DNA of 64,000 nt from Candidatus Binatia bacterium (GTDB lineage Bacteria; Desulfobacterota; Binatia; UBA9968; CAXXLF01), in contig CAXXLF010000002.1 of NCBI GenBank assembly GCA_963664015.2, forward strand, positions 1,632,001 through 1,696,000, given 5' to 3'. A program made the translations under genes and the position numbers. The notes beneath the pieces were generated by a model. It was not told where the DNA came from, made no database searches, and saw nothing but the letters and a program-made list of their open reading frames with translations. Within the stretch, counting starts at the first letter, position 1. Each line of letters opens with the position of its first letter. Below are positions 20,140-29,716 of the stretch, in pieces.

Positions 20140-20807
20140 CCTCCCCTCTGTACTTCAAGCAAATCGAGATGGGGCCCATGCGGAATTTCGTCTATCTGCT
20201 TGGCTCAACCGAATCCCGCAAGACCGCAGTGGTGGACGCCGCATGGGACATCGGCGAGATCCTCCGCATCGCCGCCGAAGACGAGATGGAGATCACCCAC
20301 GCCTTCGTGACCCACTGTCACCCGGACCACATTGGCGGCGAATTCTCCGGCGTTCACATTCAAGGACTCACCGAGTTACTGGAGCAGGTAAAATCCAAAG
20401 TCGTGGTGCACAAGGCGGAAGCCGATTTCCTTTCTTTTCTAACGCCGACGGACACCATCAAGGTCGAGAGCGGTGATGTTATCGACATCGGCGGAGTCAG
20501 TATTAAACTCCTTCACACTCCCGGGCACACCCCTGGCTCCCAATGCTTTCTTATTGGAAACCGCCTGGTTTCTGGGGATACTCTGTTTATCGGTTCCTGC
20601 GGCCGGGTGGACTTTCCCGGAGGAAATGCCGAGGAGATGTACACTAGTTTAACCCAGAGGTTGATGGCTCTGCCCGATGAAACCGTTCTCTTCCCGGGGC
20701 ACAACTATGCCCAGCAGGAGGCATCCACAATAGGGGAACAGAAAAAGACCAATCCCTATCTTCAGTTTCAGTCATTAACTCAATTCCTCGCCGCAATGGG
20801 TTATTGA
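20136..20807 (+). CDS. Metallo-beta-lactamase fold hydrolase (glyoxalase II/persulfide dioxygenase-like)
   Basis: THCHPDH, HTPGHTPG, SGDTLF..CGR, PGHNY; GTGA overlap with rhodanese stop. Confidence 0.88.
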   Translation: MTSPLYFKQIEMGPMRNFVYLLGSTESRKTAVVDAAWDIGEILRIAAEDEMEITHAFVTHCHPDHIGGEFSGVHIQGLTELLEQVKSKVVVHKAEADFLSFLTPTDTIKVESGDVIDIGGVSIKLLHTPGHTPGSQCFLIGNRLVSGDTLFIGSCGRVDFPGGNAEEMYTSLTQRLMALPDETVLFPGHNYAQQEASTIGEQKKTNPYLQFQSLTQFLAAMGY

Positions 20808-20820
20808 TAATTTTAAAAAA

Positions 20821-20934
20821 ATGATCCTTGGCGTCGCCGGACACGTCAATGACACTATCGAAGAGCTTGAAACGGTACTGAAAATTAATCCAGACTTCAG
20901 ATCCCCCCGGGGAGAGCTCGACGGTCTGGCCTAA
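20821..20934 (+). pseudogene. TPR-repeat gene remnant
   Basis: Short ORF MILGVAGHVNDTIEELETVLKINPDFRSPRGEL resembles the second helix and turn of a TPR. Confidence 0.35.
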
Positions 20935-21261
20935 GTAAGGTGATCGACTAGAAACGCGCAGTTCCACTCCTGATCTTGGCTCCCGACACATTTTATTCCA
21001 AGACTAGATTTCTGCTCAGCTCTCCCATATACCACTAACAATCCATAATATTAGCCATTTACCCAGGACGCCCATCCGAATACGGCCAGGACTCCACTAC
21101 GAAGAGGAAGGGGGAGTATTGACCTTGCCGGATTTAAATTTTAGAATGCCGTTCTTAAAATTAAGCCTGGTTGGTCCGGGCTATTAGTCGGAATATTTCA
21201 TCAGAAAAACTAGTAATTTTACGAGTTCCCACAGCAGCCGTTTCGTCCTACAGTTCGGTGA

Positions 21262-22068
21262 AATGCCAAAAACAGTTTTGGCGATATCATTATGGTCCTG
21301 TTATTCGGGGCACTCGGCTGGTGCATGGTTCGCCTGGACTGGCAACGCCCCCCTCTGCTTCTAGGACTGGTGTTAGGGCACATTGCTGAAAGCAACTTTT
21401 TTATTTCTACCAAAATCTACGGTGCTTCCTGGCTCGCCCACCCCGGGGTCATAGTCATTATCGTTTTGATCCTTGCCGCCCTCCTATATCCAATGTTTCA
21501 GGCCTGGCAGAAAAGGCATCAGCAAGACGGGGAGTCACTCGATGAAGGCCCCGTGGCACCTACTGAAAGAACCGAGGAAGTCACTCCCGGAAGTCGTGCC
21601 ATATTCAGTGTTTTTTCCTTCGCCTTGGTCCTCGTTTTCATCTATGTACTGGCTGAGGCCTTCTTCGGATTCGGCGTCGAGACCGAGCAAGCGGCCCTTT
21701 TCCCTATAATGATTGGAATCCCGGGATTGGCACTGTCTCTTGTGGCCTTTGGAAAAGAGCTGACCCTTACCCATCGGGTAGTCCAGATTGAGGAAGGAGA
21801 ACCGGTTGAACCGAGTGTGGCTCGCCGGAGGATGGTTATGGGCATCGGCTGGGTCATGGGGTTTTTCGTTTTCATCTGGCTTTTGGGTTTTACCACCGCC
21901 AGTCTCGTTGCCACTTTTTCCTACCTCAAATTCGGGGCGGGCGAGAAATGGCCGATCACGGTAGTCCTAACGTTTTTTGCTTGGGTCTTTTTCTACGGTA
22001 TCTTCGACTACATGCTTCATCTCCCGTTTCCTCCAGGCGTGCTCTTTACCTGGTTGGGAATGGATTAA
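21262..22068 (+). pseudogene. Truncated TctA C-terminus fused to TctB (tripartite tricarboxylate transporter)
   Basis: NSFGDIIMVLLFGALGWCM...PPLLLGLVLGHIAESNF is TctA C-terminal-like; downstream half is TctB-like (LLGF...F...LHLPFPPG); in-frame TGA at 21259 upstream. Confidence 0.65.
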
Positions 22069-22140
22069 ATTCGTAAAAACTCCGGTTCAAAACCAATTCA
22101 AGCGGTAACCGACTCAACCGTTCATACTAATCATTGGATC

Positions 22141-23574
22141 ATGACCTGTATTGCACGTCTTCAGGTCTCAAACTATAATTCCATCTGCATGTATCTATCA
22201 TCGCTCTATATAGTGGCGCTGGCCTTTTTATTCACCGGATGCGGCTCTTCCCTGTCCAAGGCCGTACCGGGCTTCAAGTCCGTCACCATAGCAGACGAGA
22301 TAAAGATCGGCCGGCAATTTCGCCGGGATGCGAGGAAACACCTGCGGTTTATACACCAGCCAGAGATCGAAGTTTACGTTAATCAGATCGGTCGGCGGAT
22401 TCTCGCATTCATGGGACCCCAGCCCTATGAGTACCGCTTTTTCGTTGTAGAGAATCCGCAATTGAACGCCTTTGCCGTCCCCGCGGGTTCCATCTATATC
22501 CATTCGGGACTTATCCAGCGGGTTCGCAATACCGACGAACTCGCCTACGTCGTAGGACACGAGATCATTCACGTGAAGGGACGCCACATGGCTCGTCTCT
22601 CCGAACCCGATCCGATGAAATATATTGGACTACTGGGGGTCTTTCTGACGGCGGCGGGCCCTGAGGCAGGCGCCGCCGGAACCCTAGGGAGTGCCATCGC
22701 AACAACTAGTCGGCTCAGCTACACCCGTTCCCTGGAAAGGGAGGCTGACAATTTGGGGGTAAAGTACATGGCCGAAGCCGGCTTTGACCCCAACGGCTCC
22801 CTCAATTTTTTGAAGATCCTCGACGAGGAAAGGCTAATGAACCCTGCCGGTATTCCTCCTTACCTACTAACCCACCCCTTGTCCACGAATCGAATCGGTT
22901 CGGTTGAGGCTATGATTCGCTCTCTTCGACCCTTTCGTAAGAGCCGACACTCAACTGATCCCATCAAACGAATTCAGCTTTTGCTCCGGCTCAATACAGC
23001 TGAAGGATCCGGCGCGAGCGACAAGAATAGAAAACCGGGGAGTGAAGTGCCACAAGGTGCTGAGAATCTGCATCTGCGCGGGATAGAACACTTCACCAAG
23101 GGCCAATGGGCCGAGGCGAAGGAGATCTATCAAAGGGTCAGATATTTGGAGCCTGAGAGCCCGGGGTTGGACCGCGACCTGGGTCAGGTCTACACCCAAT
23201 TGGGGGAATATCCGCGCGCCCATGAAGCCTTTCATCGGGCCCTGACCCAGGATCCGAGAGAGCCTTTAAACTACTTCTACCTCGGTGAACTCTTTGAAAA
23301 GGAATCCCAATGGCGCGACGCCGCACGGGCCTACTCCCGGGCACTCGATTTACTCCCCTTGTGGGCCGAACCCGCACGACGACTGAGCGGTGTATACCGC
23401 AAGCTGAACCGTTTGGGAGATTCTTATTCTTATCTGGCTCGCTACCACCTGTCCCTGGACGCAGATCGGGAGGCCCTTAAAGCCCTGGATAAGGCTTCCA
23501 TGCAATACGACCCCTCTTCGCTTCAACGTCAGATGATTCAGGACGAGATGCAAGCCATCCGCGAGAGGGATTAG
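22141..23574 (+). CDS. M48 family metalloprotease with TPR repeats (BepA/YfgC-like)
   Basis: NAFAVPAG, HEIIH zinc motif, EREAD, YLLTHP, C-terminal TPRs; lipobox-like FTGC; start uncertain. Confidence 0.88.
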   Translation: MTCIARLQVSNYNSICMYLSSLYIVALAFLFTGCGSSLSKAVPGFKSVTIADEIKIGRQFRRDARKHLRFIHQPEIEVYVNQIGRRILAFMGPQPYEYRFFVVENPQLNAFAVPAGSIYIHSGLIQRVRNTDELAYVVGHEIIHVKGRHMARLSEPDPMKYIGLLGVFLTAAGPEAGAAGTLGSAIATTSRLSYTRSLEREADNLGVKYMAEAGFDPNGSLNFLKILDEERLMNPAGIPPYLLTHPLSTNRIGSVEAMIRSLRPFRKSRHSTDPIKRIQLLLRLNTAEGSGASDKNRKPGSEVPQGAENLHLRGIEHFTKGQWAEAKEIYQRVRYLEPESPGLDRDLGQVYTQLGEYPRAHEAFHRALTQDPREPLNYFYLGELFEKESQWRDAARAYSRALDLLPLWAEPARRLSGVYRKLNRLGDSYSYLARYHLSLDADREALKALDKASMQYDPSSLQRQMIQDEMQAIRERD

Positions 23575-23651
23575 AACAAGGCAACCTATCAACTTGGCAC
23601 GCAGTCGGCGGTGTTCCTCTCCCGAGTCCCGCTGTAACATAGGGTTACGGC

Positions 23652-26057
23652 TCAGTGGTAGAGTTCCAGTAACTCTACCATACCGAGGTTGCGCATCTGG
23701 CTAAAGATATAACGTTTGATCTCATCCACCGTATCCATTCGCAGGGCCTCACCGGCGATCTTCATAGCGGCCTGGTAAGATACGGAACGGATGACCTTCT
23801 TGGCTACGGGGATATACAGGGGCTCCATACTGAACTCCTCCAAGCCCATTCCTATCAGAAGTAGCGTCGCAAGAGGGTCTCCCGCCATTTCACCGCACAT
23901 GGCAATCGGCTTTCCTTCTTTCTTGGCCGCCTCAATGACCTGCATCAGGGCCGAAAGGACAGCGGGGTGAAGAGACTCATAGAGACTCGCCACCCTGCGA
24001 TTGCCCCGGTCTACCGCCAATAGGTACTGAATGAGATCGTTGGTCCCAATGCTAACGAAATCCACCTCACGGACCAGCCTGCCGATCAACTGAACCGCAG
24101 CCGGAACCTCAAGCATGATGCCTAATTCCATGTTCCGGTCAAAGGCGACACCTTCGACATCCAGTTCCTGCTTGACCTCGGTAAGGATTCCTTTCACCTT
24201 TGAAATCTCCTCAAGACCCGAGACCATAGGGATGAGCAAACGTACGGGACCCAGGGCTCCCACTTTTAGAATTGCCCGCAACTGGGTCTTGAAAATTCCC
24301 GATAGCTCAAGGGAAATCCGGATGGAGCGCAGACCGAGGAAGGGGTTCGGCTCCGCGACCGCCTTTTGCACATAGGGAGGATACTTATCAGCACCAACGT
24401 CAAGGGTTCGGATCGTGACTGGCATGCCACGCATCCCTTCCACCACTCGACGGTAAAGGGCGTACTGTTGATCTTCGCTAGGAAAGTCGTACTGGGCGAG
24501 AAAGGGGATTTCCGTTCGATAGAGCCCGATCCCCTGGGCCCCATGCTGGTGGGCAAAGGTTATATCGGTCAGTAGACCGACATTGGCGTAAAGGGAAACC
24601 CGATGACCGTCCACCGTTTCGGCGGGAAGATTCCGAATCTCATCGAGCTTGCGGCTGAAGGCAAGATAATCCCCTTCCAGACGCTCGTACTCTTGCAGGA
24701 CCTCCGTACTCGGGTTGACAAAGACAACACCCGAATTGCCGTCCACGATCAGGGAGGTGCCCGGTCGCACGTTTTCCAGTAGTCCGGTCACTCCGACGAC
24801 CGTCGGGATCTCAAAGGACTTGGCCAAAAGCGAGGCATGGGAGGTCACGCCACCGGTGGACAGTACAATACCACGCAGGTGATTTCCCTGAATGAGCGTG
24901 ACGTCCGCCGGTGATAGATCTTCCGCCACCAGAATTGCATCCTTGGGTAAAATGAGCGGTCTCCCCTTGGCCCCAGACAGATTATCCAATACCCGTTGCG
25001 CCGCGTCCCGCACATCCGCCCCCCGCTCCTTCAAGTAGCGGTCGCCAATTTGGGTAATGGTTTCAAGGTGCTTGAGGAATACCTGTGTCACGGCGTATTC
25101 GGCATTACAGTGGCCCTTACGGATTCGAGCTTCGATCTGACCATGTAACGCAGGATCATCGAGGATCAATCGGTGAACTTCGAAGATGGCTCCGGCCTCT
25201 TCACAAATCAGGTCGTTCATCTGGTATCTGAGCCTGATGACCTGATCAATGGCATGTTTAACCCCCTCCCGAAACCGCTCGATTTCTTTCTGAACGTTCC
25301 GTATTCGAACCCGTTTGACCAGACTCAACTCATTGCGCGCCGGCATGACATGAACGATCCCATAACCAAAACCCGGTGCCGCCGCAAGGCCGGTTAGTCG
25401 GGCGCGCCACTTTTGTCTTCCTCCCCGTCCACTCTTTTCCCGGCGTCTCTTCCCCTCATAGGTCCGAAGCCTCTTCAGGGCGTTTACCATACGTTTGCGG
25501 TAGTCCCTACGTTCCCGATCCTTGTCTTCCAGTGATTCGGCTAGCCGCGCTTGTATAATAATGCTCGAGACCTGACTGGCAATGGCCTTAAGCAAACGTA
25601 CCTCATCGGGCAAGAACTCACGCCGACGCGAAGTCTGAACGACCAGGACGCCAATAATAGCCCCCTTGTCAATGAGAGGACCTCCTAGAAAGGAATGGAA
25701 GCGTTCTTCGCCGGTTTCAGGGAAGTACTTGTAACGGGGGTGCGTCAAGGCGTCCGCTACGGCAAAGGGAGCCATTTGCTCGATCACCAGACCCGTCAAC
25801 CCCTCATGAATCCCCATGGAGACCTTCCCCACGGACTTCTGCTCCAGGCCCGTGGTTGCACAGAGAGTTAGTCGAGTCCCCTGTTCTTCCAATAGATAGA
25901 TGGAACAGACCTCCGTCTCCATGCGCTGGATAATGATTCCAACAATACTTCCTAGCGTTTCCTGCAGATCCTCCGAGTGACTGATTAGGGAACTAATATG
26001 CTCAAGGGTCTCCAGATGGGGAGCCGTCCGACTTGTGATTTTATTCATCTTCGACAT
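23652..26057 (-). CDS. ptsP: Phosphoenolpyruvate-protein phosphotransferase with N-terminal GAF (enzyme I Ntr)
   Basis: GAF domain (KYFPETGEERFHSFLG), TSHASL phospho-His, GLYRTE, EPNPFLGLR, SIGTNDLIQY, CGEMAGDP. Confidence 0.93.
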   Translation of the reverse strand: MSKMNKITSRTAPHLETLEHISSLISHSEDLQETLGSIVGIIIQRMETEVCSIYLLEEQGTRLTLCATTGLEQKSVGKVSMGIHEGLTGLVIEQMAPFAVADALTHPRYKYFPETGEERFHSFLGGPLIDKGAIIGVLVVQTSRRREFLPDEVRLLKAIASQVSSIIIQARLAESLEDKDRERRDYRKRMVNALKRLRTYEGKRRREKSGRGGRQKWRARLTGLAAAPGFGYGIVHVMPARNELSLVKRVRIRNVQKEIERFREGVKHAIDQVIRLRYQMNDLICEEAGAIFEVHRLILDDPALHGQIEARIRKGHCNAEYAVTQVFLKHLETITQIGDRYLKERGADVRDAAQRVLDNLSGAKGRPLILPKDAILVAEDLSPADVTLIQGNHLRGIVLSTGGVTSHASLLAKSFEIPTVVGVTGLLENVRPGTSLIVDGNSGVVFVNPSTEVLQEYERLEGDYLAFSRKLDEIRNLPAETVDGHRVSLYANVGLLTDITFAHQHGAQGIGLYRTEIPFLAQYDFPSEDQQYALYRRVVEGMRGMPVTIRTLDVGADKYPPYVQKAVAEPNPFLGLRSIRISLELSGIFKTQLRAILKVGALGPVRLLIPMVSGLEEISKVKGILTEVKQELDVEGVAFDRNMELGIMLEVPAAVQLIGRLVREVDFVSIGTNDLIQYLLAVDRGNRRVASLYESLHPAVLSALMQVIEAAKKEGKPIAMCGEMAGDPLATLLLIGMGLEEFSMEPLYIPVAKKVIRSVSYQAAMKIAGEALRMDTVDEIKRYIFSQMRNLGMVELLELYH

Positions 26058-26198
26058 TAGGAATGTATTGTATGCGAATCAATCGGCAAAATTCAATGGG
26101 CCCAAGGGAGCAGGCCTCCGTGGCCGGTTTGACCTCCCAGAGGGTAAATGCTAACAATCTGACTTCAGTCGCCGCCCATTGTACCATTTGAAGTCACT

Positions 26199-26747
26199 AT
26201 GGAAGAAGAAATCCGGTCCCTCCTAAAATCCATCGGTGAGGACCCCGATCGAGAGGGTCTACTGAAGACTCCCTTCAGGGTCGCCGAGTCACTTCGGTTC
26301 CTCACCCGGGGATATCAACAGAATCTGGACAAGGTGTTCAACGATGCCATGTTCACGGAAGACTATGAAGAGATGATTGTGCAGCGGGACATCGATTTTT
26401 TTTCGCTGTGTGAACATCACCTGCTTCCTTTTTTTGGCAGAGCGCACGTGGCCTATATCCCACAGCACAAGATCGTTGGTATTTCCAAGCTGGCACGCCT
26501 GGTCGACTACTACGCTCGCAGGCTTCAGGTCCAGGAACGCCTCACCAACCAGATCGCGACGACGATTATGGAGAAGCTCAACCCCCTTGGCGCTGGGGTC
26601 GTTGTCGAGGCTGAACATCTCTGCATGCGAATGCGGGGGGTGGAAAAACAGAATTCAATGATGATAACCAGCACCCTTTTGGGAGTCTTCAGAACTCACC
26701 AGGACACACGGGCCGAATTTATGAACCTCATCCGTCGAAGCACCTAA
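26199..26747 (+). CDS. folE: GTP cyclohydrolase I
   Basis: [40 protein letters not shown]. Confidence 0.97.
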   Translation: MEEEIRSLLKSIGEDPDREGLLKTPFRVAESLRFLTRGYQQNLDKVFNDAMFTEDYEEMIVQRDIDFFSLCEHHLLPFFGRAHVAYIPQHKIVGISKLARLVDYYARRLQVQERLTNQIATTIMEKLNPLGAGVVVEAEHLCMRMRGVEKQNSMMITSTLLGVFRTHQDTRAEFMNLIRRST

Positions 26748-26758
26748 CCTTCTATTCC

Positions 26759-28237
26759 ATGGAAATTCGTTTCAAGGATCAAGGTCCGGAAAAGCTTAAA
26801 ACTCACCTCTTGGCACTCCCCGTGCAGGAGCAGGGTTTGAAGGATCCGCTCCTCTTGCGCTTGGACCGCCACTTGAAAAAAAGCCTTTCCAAGCAAATTA
26901 CCCGCTGTAAATTCACAGGAACCGAGGGAAGCGCGTTGCTTCAACCCACGGGAGGCCAACTCCCGGCCACCCACGTTCTCCTCCTGGGCATGGGGAAGGA
27001 GCGTGATCAGGAAAACCATACATGGCGAAGGGCTGCTGCCCGCGCCGCAAAAGAAGCGGAAACGATCTGGGCCGAGGAGGTTGATTTCCTTCTGCCCTCT
27101 TTTGGCGATACTCAAAGGATCGTAGGACCCATTGCCCAAGGGGCCCTGATGTCCTCATACCATTTCAACAAATATCGATCCGATGACAGACGCTCTCTAC
27201 CCCTACGTTCTTTTAATCTGGTCAAGCCGGGCCTTCGCAAGACCTCACAGATGGAACGACAGGTGCGTCTAGCTCATCAACTCATAAAAGGCGTATTTCT
27301 CGCCCGCGATCTCGTGAATGAACCGCCCTCCAGGACCACTGCAAGTTATCTTGCAAAGCAGGCAGTAAAGCACTGCCGTGGACCCCGCATCAAGGTGGAA
27401 GTCTGGAACAAGAAAAAGATCCAATCGATGGGATTGGCCGGGCTCTTGGCAGTCAACCAGGGAAGCATAGAGGAACCCCGATTTATCATTATTCATTATC
27501 AACCCAGGGGGAAAGCCAGAAAGAAAGTGGCCCTGATCGGGAAGGGGATCACTTTTGATTCCGGGGGCCTTTCCTTGAAATCCTCCAAAGCGATGGAGAC
27601 GATGAAGCTGGACATGGCCGGTGCAGCTGCCGTCATCGGAGCCATGAGTGTTATAAGAGATCTGGACCCTCAGGTTCAAGTTACAGGATATATCCCAACC
27701 ACCGACAATCTACCCAGTGGGACAGCTCAAAAACCAGGCGATGTTATCCATTACCTCAATGGTAAAACCGTTGAAGTTCTCAATACCGATGCCGAAGGTA
27801 GATTGATCCTTGCCGACGCCCTAGCCCTTGCGGCCAGGGAGAATCCTGATTGCATGGTCAATCTAGCCACCCTTACAGGTGCCTGTATGGTCGCCCTGGG
27901 GAATGAAGTGGCGGGGATATTTGGCAACGATCAATTGCTAGTGGACAAGCTGATTCATGCGGGACGGGACGGCGGAGAAAAGCTCTGGCAGCTACCCCTG
28001 GTGAAGGAGTATCGAGAAGACATCAAGAGCAGTGTAGCGGACATCAAGAACGTGGGCGGTTCCTATGGGGGCGCCATCACTGCAGCCCTGTTCCTACAGG
28101 AATTCGTCGCGCGCCGCCCCTGGGCCCACTTGGATATTGCTGGGCCTGCCTTTTCGGACAAGGAAACCACCCTCACTTCCAGAGGTGGTACGGGTTTTGG
28201 AGTCCTAACGCTTCTCCATTTCCTATCAACCCTTTGA
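26759..28237 (+). CDS. pepA: Leucyl aminopeptidase (M17)
   Basis: GKGITFDSGG, MKLDMAG, NTDAEGRL, ATLTGA, HLDIAG. Confidence 0.95.
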   Translation: MEIRFKDQGPEKLKTHLLALPVQEQGLKDPLLLRLDRHLKKSLSKQITRCKFTGTEGSALLQPTGGQLPATHVLLLGMGKERDQENHTWRRAAARAAKEAETIWAEEVDFLLPSFGDTQRIVGPIAQGALMSSYHFNKYRSDDRRSLPLRSFNLVKPGLRKTSQMERQVRLAHQLIKGVFLARDLVNEPPSRTTASYLAKQAVKHCRGPRIKVEVWNKKKIQSMGLAGLLAVNQGSIEEPRFIIIHYQPRGKARKKVALIGKGITFDSGGLSLKSSKAMETMKLDMAGAAAVIGAMSVIRDLDPQVQVTGYIPTTDNLPSGTAQKPGDVIHYLNGKTVEVLNTDAEGRLILADALALAARENPDCMVNLATLTGACMVALGNEVAGIFGNDQLLVDKLIHAGRDGGEKLWQLPLVKEYREDIKSSVADIKNVGGSYGGAITAALFLQEFVARRPWAHLDIAGPAFSDKETTLTSRGGTGFGVLTLLHFLSTL

Positions 28238-28276
28238 GGACCGTTTCGGGAAAAATATTGGAGAAGGAGAGGATTT

Positions 28277-28603
28277 ATGGCTGAAATAACACAGATTGAA
28301 GACGCAAACTTCGACGCCGAGGTTGTCCATTCGCCCCTTCCGGTACTAGTGGATTTCTGGGCACCCTGGTGCGCACCCTGCCGCGCTCTCGCTCCCGTGA
28401 TTGAATCGCTGGCCGATGAATACCAGGGCAAGCTGAAATTTACCAAGCTCAATGTGGATGATAATACGGTTGCAGCATCGCGCTACGAGGTCCGGGCACT
28501 GCCCACCGTAATGATTTTCAAGGACGGCAACAAGAAGGAACAGATCGTGGGTGCCGTATCCAGCAGCAAGCTCCGCGACGCTATTGACAAGGCGCTTACC
28601 TAG
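28277..28603 (+). CDS. trxA: Thioredoxin
   Basis: DFWAPWCAPC. Confidence 0.95.
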   Translation: MAEITQIEDANFDAEVVHSPLPVLVDFWAPWCAPCRALAPVIESLADEYQGKLKFTKLNVDDNTVAASRYEVRALPTVMIFKDGNKKEQIVGAVSSSKLRDAIDKALT

Positions 28604-29703
28604 AACATAAACCGCCTCATATTGACGTTGATCAACAAGCCGACTGCGATCATTGTCGTGACCAGAGAAGACCCTCCGTAGGTCAAGAAGGGGAGTGGAA
28701 TCCCTACCACAGGGAGAAACCCGATGACCATGACTATATTGATGATTACCTGCCAACATAAAATGATTGTGGCGCCAAAGGCCAGCAAGGTTCCCAGTCG
28801 ATCCCTCGCCCGCGCAACAACTCGAAAACTAAAAACAATAAGAGCCAGATAAAGCCCCAATAGGACCAAGCATCCGAAGAAGCCCCATTCCTCAGCAAAG
28901 ACAGAAAAGATAAAATCCGTATGCTGTGCCGGCAAGAAGTCCAGGCGATTTTGCGACCCTTGGAGATACCCCTGGCCAAACCAACGACCAGAGCCGATAG
29001 CAATTTTAGACTGGATCGCGTGGTAGCCTGCTCCGAGAGGGTCAATATCCGGCGTAAGGAAGCTACGAATACGCGCCATCTGATATGGTTTTAAGAACTG
29101 CCACCCAATAGGTAGCAGCGCCACACCCACTGCACCCAGCAGGAGTAGAGGACCGACCCGGCGCACGGTTATAAAGATAATGGTAAAAAAAATTAACAGG
29201 TAAATCACTGCTGTCCCCAGATCCGGCTGCATCAGGATCATTACCAACAGAGGCACCGCCATTAAGGTTGGCAACCAGAGGTCACGCAGGCGGTAGCCCG
29301 CTGGGGGCTCATCGTACTGCAGTCTCTTTGCCAAGAGAAATACAACCACCAGTTTTGCCAACTCCGACGGCTGGAAGGAGACAATTCCGAAACTGAGCCA
29401 GCGCACAGACCCTCCGCTTCTAAACCCGACCAAGGGAACCAAGAGAAGGGAAAAAACGACAATGCCATAAAACACATATGAGAAACGTTCTATCCGGTGA
29501 TAGTCGACAGAAAAGCTCACGACCATGGCGATCAAACCGATTATTAACCAGTAGAGTTGCTTTATCGCCAGGTGGCCAAGCCCATTGCCCGAAAGGTCAC
29601 TGGTAGCGCTGTTTACGGTGAGGATGCCGATCAGAGCCAATCCAATAGACAGACCGAAAATGGACCAGTCGAAGTGTGAAATGACGCGCCGATCAATATG
29701 CAT
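28600..29703 (-). CDS. rodA: Rod shape-determining protein RodA
   Basis: FQPSELAK, QPDLGT, FLPAQHTDFIFS, GIPLPFLTYGGSS; follows PBP2. Confidence 0.95.
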   Translation of the reverse strand: MHIDRRVISHFDWSIFGLSIGLALIGILTVNSATSDLSGNGLGHLAIKQLYWLIIGLIAMVVSFSVDYHRIERFSYVFYGIVVFSLLLVPLVGFRSGGSVRWLSFGIVSFQPSELAKLVVVFLLAKRLQYDEPPAGYRLRDLWLPTLMAVPLLVMILMQPDLGTAVIYLLIFFTIIFITVRRVGPLLLLGAVGVALLPIGWQFLKPYQMARIRSFLTPDIDPLGAGYHAIQSKIAIGSGRWFGQGYLQGSQNRLDFLPAQHTDFIFSVFAEEWGFFGCLVLLGLYLALIVFSFRVVARARDRLGTLLAFGATIILCWQVIINIVMVIGFLPVVGIPLPFLTYGGSSLVTTMIAVGLLINVNMRRFMF

Positions 29704-29716
29704 GTTCAGTCTCTTC

